DNA from: a virus
Length of the DNA stretch: 64,000 bases
IMG/VR virus record: IMGVR_UViG_3300020182_000007
Direction: 5' to 3' (one strand)
Below the pieces are notes generated by a model that ran no database searches, had not been told where the DNA came from, and saw only the letters and a program-made list of their open reading frames with translations. The position numbers and the translations under genes are program-made. This document shows, in pieces, positions 24,080 to 34,335 of the stretch (positions are counted from its first letter, which is position 1; the number at the start of each line of letters is the position of its first letter).

Positions 24080-26635
24080 TTATTGTATCTTAACTCCCTT
24101 AACAGTAAGAGCTTTTTGTAATTTCTTAATTTCGCTAACGATTTCACTAGTATCGAAATTCTGTTGAGGTGCAGATCCTCCAGCTCCGGAAGATTGAGAT
24201 GAATTATTTGATCCTCCTGTGTCTGATCCTACTCCTAAGAATGATTTTCCGCTATCGACTGCTCTTTCAAGAGTACTTTTAGAGCCTCCATTATCAGAGG
24301 CTGTAGCGCTCTTAGTATTTTCATTAGCGTCAGATACTGTACCTTCAAAGTTTGCTATCATTTCAGCTAGTTTTTCAACAGCTCCTATTAACTTGTCTCC
24401 TAATTTTTCTAGAGCAGACTCGCTTCCATTTGCTGCTAGATAGGCAAGAGCATTAAATAGTTCAGTACTAGCCTTAATTGCGTCGACATTAAAATTATTA
24501 GAATGCTTTGCTATTTTACCGTATGAATCAGCAACGCTTCTCATAGTAGCTGCGTACTTATCGTAGTATGCATCAATATCACTTATTCCCAAAGCAGCAA
24601 TAGTTTCCAAGTCAAATGGCATAACTACAGCGTTTACTAATTTCGCGATCTTTTCTACTGCGCCTCCTGCAACAAGAACGCTGAATTTGCCAAAAGCTTC
24701 TGCAACCATATTTAATGGATCTGCTAGAGTTTGTATCTGTGGACCTAGCATTGCTAGTTTTTCTAAAATCTCCAATGGAGAAGGTGCGTCACTGCCAAAT
24801 AGACCAGCAATGCCATCAAGTAGTCCTCCTATTACATTTCCTACTCCTCCAACAACACTTGCACCTGCTGTTGCTCCAACGAATACCAACCATGCAATAC
24901 CAAGTGCTGCTATTCCGAGTGCCATTGGTAAAAGATTATCGACTCCGATTTCATCTTTAAGCCTAGCGAATGCGTCAATCATTGCGTTTATTGGTGTCAT
25001 TAATGCATTTGTAAAGTTTGTTGCAATTGAACCAAGATCTGGCATAAAGCTAAATATCCATGCGACTGCTAACATTCCAACCGCTAATACAATTAGACCT
25101 ACTACTCCAAGCAAGAATCCAACAGCACCAACCGCTGGTATTTTTATAATTGCGGCAATAAGTCCTACTGGGATTGCCATTATACCAAGAGCTATTGCAG
25201 CTCCTATTACCCAGTCTTGTGGTGGAAATAACCAAGATGATGGTAAATAAGCAAACAGATACGAAACTGCAAGAACTGAAATAGCTACTGCTGCGATTCC
25301 TAGCACTCCCATAAATAAATCCTTTACACCTACTCCCATTTTCTTAAATATTACAGTTATCAGTACGAATGGAACTGCGAATGCAAGCATTGCTAGTCCA
25401 GATAATAGTGACCACTCGACCGGAGGCGCTTTATATTCTTCTGCCAAATAGCTAAATATCCATCCAGCTGCTACTATACCTACTGCGATTGCTGCGATTG
25501 CTGCAGTTCCAAAAATTAATTGTTTTACTGAAGCTCCCTTGACAGCTTTCATTATAAAATAAAATGAAAGTGCAAATGCTAACATTGATATACCAGCAAG
25601 AAGTGACCATCCTAGTGGAGGTGCCTTGTAATCATCAGGTAATGTAGAATTCCATATCCATGCAACTCCTGCGATTCCAATTGCGATTAATGGTAAAGCC
25701 AAAGAAGCAAAAATAACCTCTTTGATAGAAGTTTTCTTAATACTCTTAAGAATTAATGAGAATGCGAAAGATACTGGTATTAATGCAAGTCCTATTAAAA
25801 ATGCAGCAGATAACTTTTCAAAAGGAACAGGCATTATTAATTGAAAAGCCCATGAAGCTACAACAATTGCCCCTATCATTACCCCAATTGCAATTGCTGC
25901 ATTTTTAAGATGCTTTGTCTTTATTTTTTTAATAGCTTTCATTATTTTAGTAAAAGCCATTCCCATTAGGTATAAAGCACCTGATATTACAATAGCAGTC
26001 ATTAATTTATCTCCTGTTACTGGCATTACTAATTGAAACAGCATAGAAGTTATTACAACTATTCCTGCCATTCCAATAAGAGAAAGTGCGGTAGCACCAA
26101 TCAATCCTAATATTCCTGCAGCGCTGCCGCCGCCTTTCCCAAGTTTACCCTTCCTATTAGCAATACCCTTTCCTGTTTTTGATAATGTTTTAAATATTTT
26201 TAAGAAAGTTGGAGTCATTAATGCAAGAGCTGCGGTAACTGCAAGTATCGTAATTACTTGCCTCATTTCTACATTAGGTGTCAGTCCTATAAGAGCAGCT
26301 GCCCCAACTATTGCTGCAGTCATTCCGACAACCATGAACGCTGTCATGCCTGTATCTTTCATTGACATTGGTTTAAAGGATGATCCACCACCTTTCTTAC
26401 CCTTCTTGTCTTTAGATTCAGTCTTAGATTTCTTAGACTCTGCCTTAATTAAGTCTCTTAATTCAGTAAGAAGCACCGTTTGCTTCTTTAATTCCTTTGC
26501 AGTTAACACAGCAGCGATAACTAATCGAAAATTAGTTTGTTTAATCGAACTTAGTAAAGGTACCGTTTCCTTCTCAGCTAATAAAGTTAGCTTTTGAATA
26601 GGACTTAATATATTTGAATACTGTTTATCAGTCAC
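24080..26635 (-). CDS. tape measure-like protein with many hydrophobic helices
   Basis: 851 aa, Ala/Ile/Gly-rich periodic helices, located after tube and chaperone-like genes. Confidence 0.7.
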   Translation of the reverse strand: MTDKQYSNILSPIQKLTLLAEKETVPLLSSIKQTNFRLVIAAVLTAKELKKQTVLLTELRDLIKAESKKSKTESKDKKGKKGGGSSFKPMSMKDTGMTAFMVVGMTAAIVGAAALIGLTPNVEMRQVITILAVTAALALMTPTFLKIFKTLSKTGKGIANRKGKLGKGGGSAAGILGLIGATALSLIGMAGIVVITSMLFQLVMPVTGDKLMTAIVISGALYLMGMAFTKIMKAIKKIKTKHLKNAAIAIGVMIGAIVVASWAFQLIMPVPFEKLSAAFLIGLALIPVSFAFSLILKSIKKTSIKEVIFASLALPLIAIGIAGVAWIWNSTLPDDYKAPPLGWSLLAGISMLAFALSFYFIMKAVKGASVKQLIFGTAAIAAIAVGIVAAGWIFSYLAEEYKAPPVEWSLLSGLAMLAFAVPFVLITVIFKKMGVGVKDLFMGVLGIAAVAISVLAVSYLFAYLPSSWLFPPQDWVIGAAIALGIMAIPVGLIAAIIKIPAVGAVGFLLGVVGLIVLAVGMLAVAWIFSFMPDLGSIATNFTNALMTPINAMIDAFARLKDEIGVDNLLPMALGIAALGIAWLVFVGATAGASVVGGVGNVIGGLLDGIAGLFGSDAPSPLEILEKLAMLGPQIQTLADPLNMVAEAFGKFSVLVAGGAVEKIAKLVNAVVMPFDLETIAALGISDIDAYYDKYAATMRSVADSYGKIAKHSNNFNVDAIKASTELFNALAYLAANGSESALEKLGDKLIGAVEKLAEMIANFEGTVSDANENTKSATASDNGGSKSTLERAVDSGKSFLGVGSDTGGSNNSSQSSGAGGSAPQQNFDTSEIVSEIKKLQKALTVKGVKIQ

Positions 26636-26688
26636 TTGTGTTATCTATTATTTTAACGGCACGAGAACATGCTCTTATGTTATATATC

Positions 26689-26720
26689 AAAAAAATAGGG
26701 AGGTATATATACCTCCCCAT
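26689..26720 (-). terminator. intrinsic terminator
   Basis: GGGAGGTA/TACCTCCC plus U tract; late promoter at 26681-26688 follows. Confidence 0.75.
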
Positions 26721-26728
26721 TAGTCACA

Positions 26729-26980
26729 TTAAGACATTTTAGGCATTTTCATACTTGGTATACTCATGTTAGGCATTTTCATACCTCCCATCATATTACC
26801 CATACCTTCTTGCTGTCCTTTATTTGCTTCGTTTTCTTTCTTAACGTCCTCTACTAAATCTTTGACAATATAATGAAATTCATAATATTCTAACTTGTCT
26901 AATTCAGAAGGCTGTATCGATAGGTTTTTATATATGTAAAACCGTACCTTAAAGAAGTTCTCCAGAGAGATCTTGAACAA
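26729..26980 (-). CDS. gp51-like hub assembly / tail chaperone C-terminal unit (TTG start or frameshift product)
   Basis: IQPSELDKLEYYEFHYIV resembles gp51/GT-type chaperones; overlaps the upstream gene in the +1 frame. Confidence 0.6.
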   Translation of the reverse strand: MFKISLENFFKVRFYIYKNLSIQPSELDKLEYYEFHYIVKDLVEDVKKENEANKGQQEGMGNMMGGMKMPNMSIPSMKMPKMS

Positions 26981-27938
26981 TGAAAAGAGATTTGATCCCG
27001 TCGCGAAAGTTTATAGGGATCGAGGCCTCCTCTTCCTCGATCATAACTTTCATTTCTGGTTGAATACCTATTTTTAATTTTTCAGCTAGCTTATATAGTA
27101 ACAAATATTTTTTATTGTCCCATCCATTCATTTCAACTTCAAGTTCCCATAATCTTTTTTGACTAAATGTTCTCCAATCAGAAGCAACAAACGGCGCTAT
27201 TTGAAGAAGAGACTGATCTATTTCTTGACCTTTATCTCTACGTTCTTTAATATATGTTGTAATTTCGCGCATTACTCCAATTGATGGTGGCTTCATTATG
27301 ATATCACCATATGTCTTTGTTTTAACTAAGTACGCTCTATGCTCTTCGTCATAGTATTTTTCAATATCCGCAGGAACGTCAAAATACTGAAAATGCTCTC
27401 TCTTTATTTCAACTTCGTGGTTTTTACCTTTACTATTAGACCAATCAACTTTTAGCTTATTTTCAGGTTCAGGAAATGTAAGATCTCTGATTGCTAAAAT
27501 AAGTATAAATCTATCTTCTTCACATAAATCTTTGTAAGAAACTCTAGATGTTTTAGCAGTAACTCTAGTGCAAGACTCTACAATTGCATTTAGCTTATCA
27601 TCTATGTCGAGCAAGTTGTTCTCATCCATTGTTGAAAAGTGTCTAATTTCAGCAACTTTAGCAGATCTAATTTTGATAATGGTATCTGTTGGATAAAACC
27701 TACCATATGATGGTAAACTATCTAGTGGTACATCGTGCCATCCGAGTGCAAGGTCTGGTGCAACTGCAGTGTCTGGCTTGAACCTATCCATGTTGATAGA
27801 ACCTAACCCTTCTTTATCAAGTGCCTCTTCCATTTTACTAGTTTGATCTTCCGTAGCTTCTGTAGTCTGATTAGACATTTCTCTAGATTCTAGATCTCTT
27901 GCCAACTCTTCGCTATTTTTGTTTAAATCTTTATTCAT
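26949..27938 (-). CDS. gp26-like baseplate hub subunit / tail assembly chaperone
   Basis: LPSYGRFYP, DRFILILAIRDLTF, and position between tube and tape measure. Confidence 0.6.
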   Translation of the reverse strand: MNKDLNKNSEELARDLESREMSNQTTEATEDQTSKMEEALDKEGLGSINMDRFKPDTAVAPDLALGWHDVPLDSLPSYGRFYPTDTIIKIRSAKVAEIRHFSTMDENNLLDIDDKLNAIVESCTRVTAKTSRVSYKDLCEEDRFILILAIRDLTFPEPENKLKVDWSNSKGKNHEVEIKREHFQYFDVPADIEKYYDEEHRAYLVKTKTYGDIIMKPPSIGVMREITTYIKERRDKGQEIDQSLLQIAPFVASDWRTFSQKRLWELEVEMNGWDNKKYLLLYKLAEKLKIGIQPEMKVMIEEEEASIPINFRDGIKSLFIVQDLSGELL

Positions 27939-28162
27939 TTTTTGTATATTTTTGTAATTTGATCTTTAGTTATTTTTTTAGTTTCTGGTATCTGGGTTTT
28001 TAATTCTGTTTGAATCAGGCCTCTAATAAATGCACTAATAGAAATGGGTCGGGCCTGATGTTCAACTGCTTCTATTAGTATTAGTCTATTTACCATGTCA
28101 ACCTCATCTTCAGTCAATAAAACTTGAAGCTTTTTGGTTAATTTGTGGTTGTGTATTGACAT
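27935..28162 (-). CDS. small putative DNA-binding (RHH-like) protein
   Basis: KKLQVLLT...ISISAFIRGLI pattern. Confidence 0.5.
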   Translation of the reverse strand: MSIHNHKLTKKLQVLLTEDEVDMVNRLILIEAVEHQARPISISAFIRGLIQTELKTQIPETKKITKDQITKIYKK

Positions 28163-28209
28163 AAATATAGTATTTTAATATGTTTATATTTTAATATGTT
28201 TTCGGTGGT

Positions 28210-28242
28210 AAAAAAAAGGGAAGGATGAAAGTCCTTCCCCTA
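28210..28242 (-). terminator. intrinsic terminator after the tail tube gene
   Basis: GGGAAGGA/TCCTTCCC plus U tract. Confidence 0.8.
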
Positions 28243-28252
28243 TTTAAGTTAT

Positions 28253-28813
28253 TTAGTTAATTTCTTCTGAAAACGTATCACATCTCCAAACTATTTCTAA
28301 AGCAGCAGGTTCAGCTCCTGATTCGTAGTTTAGCTCTCCAGTAAATCCTATAGCTGAAGTAATGAAACAATCTTCTAAAGTAATCTTTCTATAAATGTCT
28401 CCAGCTCTATTAAACTGTACGACAACTAATGTACCAACATAATCCTTCTTTAGTCCCATTTCACCGGTTTCAGGATTGTATTGTTTTCTATACCATTCTC
28501 TCATCGTTTTGTAAACGTAAGCTTGGTTAGAATCGTTTAAGTTTAAAGAAAAGTTAATAGTAATGTTATGCGCAGAACCGTCTGGCATTCCAGCATAAGA
28601 ACGCGTTGCGAACTTATATTTTTGTTCTACTGCAGCAACTTCTCTGCTAAGAGTGTCTAATCCTGCAATTGAATTAATATGCTGTAGTAATAGGTCGGCT
28701 CCTGCAACTCCATCTGGAGGCAAAATACTAACTTCGAACAGGTTAGTCTGTACTGGTTCGAAGTGTTTACCTTTCTTACTTGTTTGATCTTCTCTATAAT
28801 GTGGTAAGGCCAT
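28253..28813 (-). CDS. gp19: tail tube protein (T4 gp19-like)
   Basis: Follows the sheath; NLFEV, MREWY, QFNRAG motifs; 186 aa. Confidence 0.85.
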   Translation of the reverse strand: MALPHYREDQTSKKGKHFEPVQTNLFEVSILPPDGVAGADLLLQHINSIAGLDTLSREVAAVEQKYKFATRSYAGMPDGSAHNITINFSLNLNDSNQAYVYKTMREWYRKQYNPETGEMGLKKDYVGTLVVVQFNRAGDIYRKITLEDCFITSAIGFTGELNYESGAEPAALEIVWRCDTFSEEIN

Positions 28814-28846
28814 ATCTTTATGTTTCTTTTATTTTATATATCTTTA

Positions 28847-31747
28847 TTATGCAAAGTTTCCTGTTGCTATTTCTCCAGTGTTTAGTACTGTTACTCTAGA
28901 AACTAGAATTTCTAATCCTTTAACTGGTTCAACATAAGTGTCTATGACTCCCATATTGTTATCTATAACTTCAGAAGTATTATTAGTTCCATCCATTATG
29001 TTTCTGTAATCGTAAACACCTTGATCTTTTTTAACAGATTCCATAAAGCTGTCCGCAAGAGTTTTAATTTCAAGTCTTGTTTGAGCAGTGTTGAATTCAA
29101 ATAAATAGTTTTTCAAGATTTCAGCTAGACCATCTTCAATGTAGATTAATACTTCTCTTACGTGAGCAGTAGAAAGCGCCGATTGAATTGATTGTTGTGC
29201 TGTTTTATTACCTTTGATTACAATACCAGCTCCTCTTTCGAAGATAATTGGGTTAATTCCAAATGGCTCTAAGTAATCTCTATCGTCTTTATCATATGCG
29301 TATTCTATTCCTTGTACTCCAGTACCTCCAACAACTCCTCTTCTAGGACCTGCTACAATTGACCATGGTAATGAATCAGTATACTTATCAACAAAGTTGT
29401 TTGATACAAACGCCGCTGGTGGAACAACTTTAACTCTTCCGTTTTCTATAACGTTTAATCCAGGTGAAAAGAAGAATCCATAACTTGCTCCTTCATTAAT
29501 TGAAGGTAAAGTATATAGAGCCTGAGGATTTAAGTTTAAGTTACCTCCAGTTGGAATGTATCTTGTTTGGAAAGATCCTGTGTTTTCATCAATGAAAGAA
29601 GGATTAGTCGAAGCCTTAAATTCTTTTACCATAGGTGCGTTAAGAATTGCAGAAACGTTTTGTCTTGCTTTTGCCAACTGTGTGTATTGTTCTTTATTAA
29701 GAAGTCCACTAGCACCCTCAAATGATCCAAAGGTATCTACTAAGTATCTATAAGTAATAGCGTCCTTATCAATTAGAGTGTTAGAAACACCATTTCCAGG
29801 GATTAGAACATCAATTAATTCTTTGATTGTCTTTTCGCTATTTTGCGCAGCTTCTAATACAAATGGCTTATATGCATCTGATGCAGAATCAAAAGATCCT
29901 AATGCGTATGCCGGAGCGGTTGGTACATCTCTGTGGCAGATAAAAGTATAAGTATATCTGTCATCCTTTCCACCGTTAACGCCAGCTTCGAATTTTCTTC
30001 TAATTTCAAGAATTCTTGCTAGTTTATCGCTTCCTTGTATTGGAAGATACATACCAACTTTAATGTTATCTGTTAACGAAGTATCTTCGTCAGTTGCAGC
30101 AGGCACTGTGTAAACGTACTTAAACTCTCCTGCTGTTGCAGCATTTGCAAAAGTCCATCCAGCTCCAGTTGGGAAGAAGAATGTTCTTTCGTTAACTCCA
30201 ATTTCAAATAGATCAAACACTGTATTGTTTGATTGAGCGTATGTTGTTAGGTTACCAGCAGTTCCGCTAGCTAATCCAGAACTAAATCCAGCATTTCCAG
30301 CAGGAACGATAGTTACAATACCACCACTTCCACTTGTACCAGCTCCTCCTAGATCATCTGTTACTGAAAGAATTTTTGTATATTCTCCGCTATTTGAGCT
30401 TGGAAGATATTTTCCAGCAGTAAGATCTCCAGGTGAAAAAGTACCAGCATATGATATTACTAAGTTTTGTCCAACAAAACCAGCCTGTGCAAATGATGCT
30501 GCATTTAAATCAGCTGCAAATTTTTCATAGTATGCCTTATTGATTGCCTCTTCAGCAACAACAGTAACATCTCCAGTTATTGCGTTTCTTGAAGTTGTAA
30601 GAATCTTAGTATATTCTCCAGTAACATTAGCTACTAGGAAGTTATCAGATAAAAGACCAGTAGATACCATTGTATTGTAATCTGATACTGATACATTTTT
30701 TATTAACATTTCAGTTCCAGTAACTTCGCATATTTTATCAAACGCTGAGTTTCTTGGGTCATTTAATTGACTAGGTTGTTGTTGAACAACAACATGCGAT
30801 AATAATTCATAGTCTTGAAAGATTTCAAAAGCTTCACCAACAAAATCAATTTTGTCTAGAGCATCTTCATTAACTGCTGCAAATAAACCAGTTCTTCTAG
30901 CTTCTGCGTTAATTAATGTTTCAATATAGTATTGTTTTCCTTCATTATCTTGAAAATCTGGAATTAATGAACCGGTATATTTTGCAAGAAGAGAAACTTC
31001 TCTTAAGTTTGCAAAATTTCCAAACTGTGCTGGAATTATACCGTTTGAATTAAAGTAGTTTCCATAAGTTGGATCGTTGTTTAAATCAGCAGTTACAAAT
31101 CTTCCTTTAAATACATAAACGTCAACCATATAATCTGAAATATAATCTAGATCATCTACTCCTTCTGGTGTATTTCCTTCGCCATACCATTCTCTAGCAG
31201 TAACATCAAATCCTCTAGTATCTCCAGATTGAGTAACTATTATAGTTATTGGATCTTGTTTAATGTTAGTAAATGTTAGTGCGTTGTTTGAAGTTTCTGC
31301 AGTATTTCCAGCTACTGTTAATAACTTTTGATCTTCCGGTGTCCAGAACTTATCTCTATTAAAGATGTTCTTATATAGGGTAGATCCGCTAGCTGCAGGG
31401 TTTCCTTGAATTGAACCATTAGTAGTTGGAGAATTCCACCATACTTTATCAACGTCATTTGAAGAAGTAAGGTTTAATGCTATAATTGGACCTCTAGATA
31501 GAGTCTCAAGAGCAGATCTGTGGAAATACATTCCTTTTCTTTCTAGGTTCTTATCGATAGAACCAAAGATTTGTACAAAAGTTTCAGTATCTTCGACAAA
31601 AACTGGAGTGTTGTATGGTCCTTTTTTAGAGTGACCTACAACTAATCTAATAGTTTCTGCAGGGATATTGACAGTTTGTGATTTATCGAATTCTAATCGA
31701 TAAACACCTGAACTCTTGAATTGTTGTAATTGAGGACTTAGTGCCAT
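28847..31747 (-). CDS. gp18: contractile tail sheath protein (T4 gp18-like) with large central insertion
   Basis: GPYNTPVFV N-terminus; PWSIVAGPRRG, RDYLEPFGINPI, HVREVLIYIE, FEFNTAQTR C-terminus. Confidence 0.92.
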   Translation of the reverse strand: MALSPQLQQFKSSGVYRLEFDKSQTVNIPAETIRLVVGHSKKGPYNTPVFVEDTETFVQIFGSIDKNLERKGMYFHRSALETLSRGPIIALNLTSSNDVDKVWWNSPTTNGSIQGNPAASGSTLYKNIFNRDKFWTPEDQKLLTVAGNTAETSNNALTFTNIKQDPITIIVTQSGDTRGFDVTAREWYGEGNTPEGVDDLDYISDYMVDVYVFKGRFVTADLNNDPTYGNYFNSNGIIPAQFGNFANLREVSLLAKYTGSLIPDFQDNEGKQYYIETLINAEARRTGLFAAVNEDALDKIDFVGEAFEIFQDYELLSHVVVQQQPSQLNDPRNSAFDKICEVTGTEMLIKNVSVSDYNTMVSTGLLSDNFLVANVTGEYTKILTTSRNAITGDVTVVAEEAINKAYYEKFAADLNAASFAQAGFVGQNLVISYAGTFSPGDLTAGKYLPSSNSGEYTKILSVTDDLGGAGTSGSGGIVTIVPAGNAGFSSGLASGTAGNLTTYAQSNNTVFDLFEIGVNERTFFFPTGAGWTFANAATAGEFKYVYTVPAATDEDTSLTDNIKVGMYLPIQGSDKLARILEIRRKFEAGVNGGKDDRYTYTFICHRDVPTAPAYALGSFDSASDAYKPFVLEAAQNSEKTIKELIDVLIPGNGVSNTLIDKDAITYRYLVDTFGSFEGASGLLNKEQYTQLAKARQNVSAILNAPMVKEFKASTNPSFIDENTGSFQTRYIPTGGNLNLNPQALYTLPSINEGASYGFFFSPGLNVIENGRVKVVPPAAFVSNNFVDKYTDSLPWSIVAGPRRGVVGGTGVQGIEYAYDKDDRDYLEPFGINPIIFERGAGIVIKGNKTAQQSIQSALSTAHVREVLIYIEDGLAEILKNYLFEFNTAQTRLEIKTLADSFMESVKKDQGVYDYRNIMDGTNNTSEVIDNNMGVIDTYVEPVKGLEILVSRVTVLNTGEIATGNFA

Positions 31748-31821
31748 AGTTTTATATTTTTATTTTTTTATATGTTATATATCTAATTAATCTTGCTTGT
31801 TTTAACAAGGTTGCCTAATAA

Positions 31822-33639
31822 TTAATCTAATAGCGAATAAATGTCAAATTGAAGATCGCCTTGATCTTCAGAATCCTTATATAATGTCTGTTCCATCTTA
31901 ATATGTATTTCAGGATCTACAAAGTCTAAAAGTTCTTCGACGTAATCTGCGTAGTCGGTTGTGTTAAAAAATTCAGTAGCAGTTATACATGACATTATAA
32001 CATCATCATGTCCCATCTGAGCTCCATAACTACCATTAGGTAATGTTCCAAACAGGCTAGCCTCAGTAACCGTAACTTCATCAGTTACTGTAATCCTATT
32101 ATTCTTATAAAGTTTTGAAAAGTTTTGACAAAATATTGATTTGTTATCAGATTTTAGTTTGATTCCAGGCTTTAGGGTTCTACTATCATGTCTATGTTTA
32201 AATCGTACAACCATCTCGTCGTCGAAATCATTTCGTTGGGGAAATACTGATCTTAGGTATTGAAACAACACAGATCCATATGTGTTATATTCTACTATTA
32301 GCTTTACGTTTTCATTGTAAAATACATCTACAGCAAGTGTATACAGCACCTTGGCGAAATCTTCTATTACCAAAGTATTAGATCTAAACCTAGCAATTTG
32401 CTTAAATTTAAAGAAGTCGTACATTGCTCCTGGGTTTTGAACATTTTCTATTTCTTTAGCGTCCATTGCACATACTTTAAAAATGTTAATTACTGAATAG
32501 TCTCCTCCATTTCCTTCAGCAATATCTACTGTAAATACCCAATAACTTTCGCTATGCCTAACATCTTCAACATCAAAATCAGGATTCCATTCTAGTAGGC
32601 CTTCGGTATCAATACTAATATCTTCAAATTCCTGTAATTCATGGTGTACATATTTTTTCATGTTCTTTCTCATCTTCTTCATGTCTACTGGATCTAAAAG
32701 AAGATTTGAAGAACTTACAAATTCGTTTCCATATTGTTTGTTAAACGCCTCAATAGAACCAAGATTTCCAAGCTCTCTTTGATACCATGCGTCATCTCTG
32801 TCAGGGTGTTCCCACCAATCGACCCGCATCGAAGTGTAATCATTATCTCCTCTTTCAGCGGCTGCATATATTTGATAAAACTTATTAAACCCGTTTGGTG
32901 TAGAGGTAATCGTTAACCTAGAAATATTAGATGCTGAAAGTGTAGGATAAACGTTTTCATAAAAAGAATCAGCAATACTTGGATGTACGTGAGCAAACTC
33001 ATCAATATACAGGTTGTGTATTGTAAAACCTATACCTGCCTTTGCTGTTGTTGACTGTCCAATTAACCGACATCCGTTGTCAGCACGAACATTCATAACA
33101 TCGTATTTAATAATACCAGGCTTCATAAAGAATGGTAAGTTTTCAATTACTACCTTTGCCTTATCAATAATTTCCTTAGTAGTATCTGATTTGTTTGCAA
33201 GAAGTAGAGTGTTTTTATCGGTATTAAAGGTTACGTACCATGCATTAAAAATAGATGCGGTAATTGTTTTCCCCATTTGCCTGCTTGCTAGGACAATATT
33301 AAATCTGTCAGATTGAAAACTACGCAACATTCTTTTTTGATACTCTCGTAATTTAACTTTACGAATACCGTCATCAGTCATTACAACTGCATAATTTTCT
33401 GCAAAGTATACTATATCAGCTGCACATCTAGCAAGCTCACTAATCTCTTCGTCAGTATATTCAAATACGATACTACCTTTTCGTAAATATTGCTTACCCT
33501 CATAGAACGGCATCTTTACCTTTGGTCGGTATCCCTGATCAAGCGCTATCATTAAATCATCAATTTGCTTTGATGACCAAACGATACGATCTGCAGCAAC
33601 GTCTCCTTCTTCTTTAGGAATCCATTTATTATCGTCCAT
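31822..33639 (-). CDS. gp17: terminase large subunit
   Basis: LREYQ, ASRQMGKT, YIDEFAH, ITSTPNG, TVDIAEG and HDDVIMS. Confidence 0.95.
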   Translation of the reverse strand: MDDNKWIPKEEGDVAADRIVWSSKQIDDLMIALDQGYRPKVKMPFYEGKQYLRKGSIVFEYTDEEISELARCAADIVYFAENYAVVMTDDGIRKVKLREYQKRMLRSFQSDRFNIVLASRQMGKTITASIFNAWYVTFNTDKNTLLLANKSDTTKEIIDKAKVVIENLPFFMKPGIIKYDVMNVRADNGCRLIGQSTTAKAGIGFTIHNLYIDEFAHVHPSIADSFYENVYPTLSASNISRLTITSTPNGFNKFYQIYAAAERGDNDYTSMRVDWWEHPDRDDAWYQRELGNLGSIEAFNKQYGNEFVSSSNLLLDPVDMKKMRKNMKKYVHHELQEFEDISIDTEGLLEWNPDFDVEDVRHSESYWVFTVDIAEGNGGDYSVINIFKVCAMDAKEIENVQNPGAMYDFFKFKQIARFRSNTLVIEDFAKVLYTLAVDVFYNENVKLIVEYNTYGSVLFQYLRSVFPQRNDFDDEMVVRFKHRHDSRTLKPGIKLKSDNKSIFCQNFSKLYKNNRITVTDEVTVTEASLFGTLPNGSYGAQMGHDDVIMSCITATEFFNTTDYADYVEELLDFVDPEIHIKMEQTLYKDSEDQGDLQFDIYSLLD

Positions 33640-34304
33640 TATTCAGTTTTACTTTCGTCTATTTCAACATCAATAATTTCCTCTTCATTTCCATTTTTTA
33701 TCCCTGCTTGAATTGCAGCCATTAGGTCTTTAGTACCTCTTTGTATATTTTTAGAAGATGTATCTCCTCCTGAATTTTCTATTTCTTTAACATCGTCTCT
33801 CTTTTTATAGATTTCGATATCTCTTGCTATTCTCTTTGTTGATTCTTCAGCAGCCATTAGATACATAGTCTGTGACTTAATTATATCTAACATTGATTTC
33901 TGTAAAGTAGCAAGTACCTCAAACATCCTAGGTGCAAGTTCTCCACTTTCAATAGTTTCTAATAGAGTGGTAAGTGCGCGTTCTCCAGCCTGTAGTTGAT
34001 AGATTAGAGAAGACATTGTCATCTCATCCATTTTTTTCTTGGCAGCAATATACTCGTCCTTTTCTATAATATCAGAATCGAGATAGAACTTCATCAGGCT
34101 AGTGATTGTTTTTTTAGCCTTTTTTGTTGCGCTATGTTTTAACTCAGCATAATTTACTTTCGGTAATGAAGACTCTTGCTTGATTACTGGTAAATTAGTT
34201 GGATCAGTCTCAACGTCTAAGCTTTCTGTATCGCCAATAAGATTGTCTAATTCCCTGCGAATTTCATCCGCTTGGTCTTTTATTCGGTGTGTGTTATCAC
34301 TCAT
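33639..34304 (-). CDS. putative terminase small subunit
   Basis: Helical protein immediately upstream of TerL; PRMFEVLATL resembles gp16. Confidence 0.55.
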   Translation of the reverse strand: MSDNTHRIKDQADEIRRELDNLIGDTESLDVETDPTNLPVIKQESSLPKVNYAELKHSATKKAKKTITSLMKFYLDSDIIEKDEYIAAKKKMDEMTMSSLIYQLQAGERALTTLLETIESGELAPRMFEVLATLQKSMLDIIKSQTMYLMAAEESTKRIARDIEIYKKRDDVKEIENSGGDTSSKNIQRGTKDLMAAIQAGIKNGNEEEIIDVEIDESKTE

Positions 34305-34335
34305 AGATTCCTAAATTATAAGATATGTATCTAAT

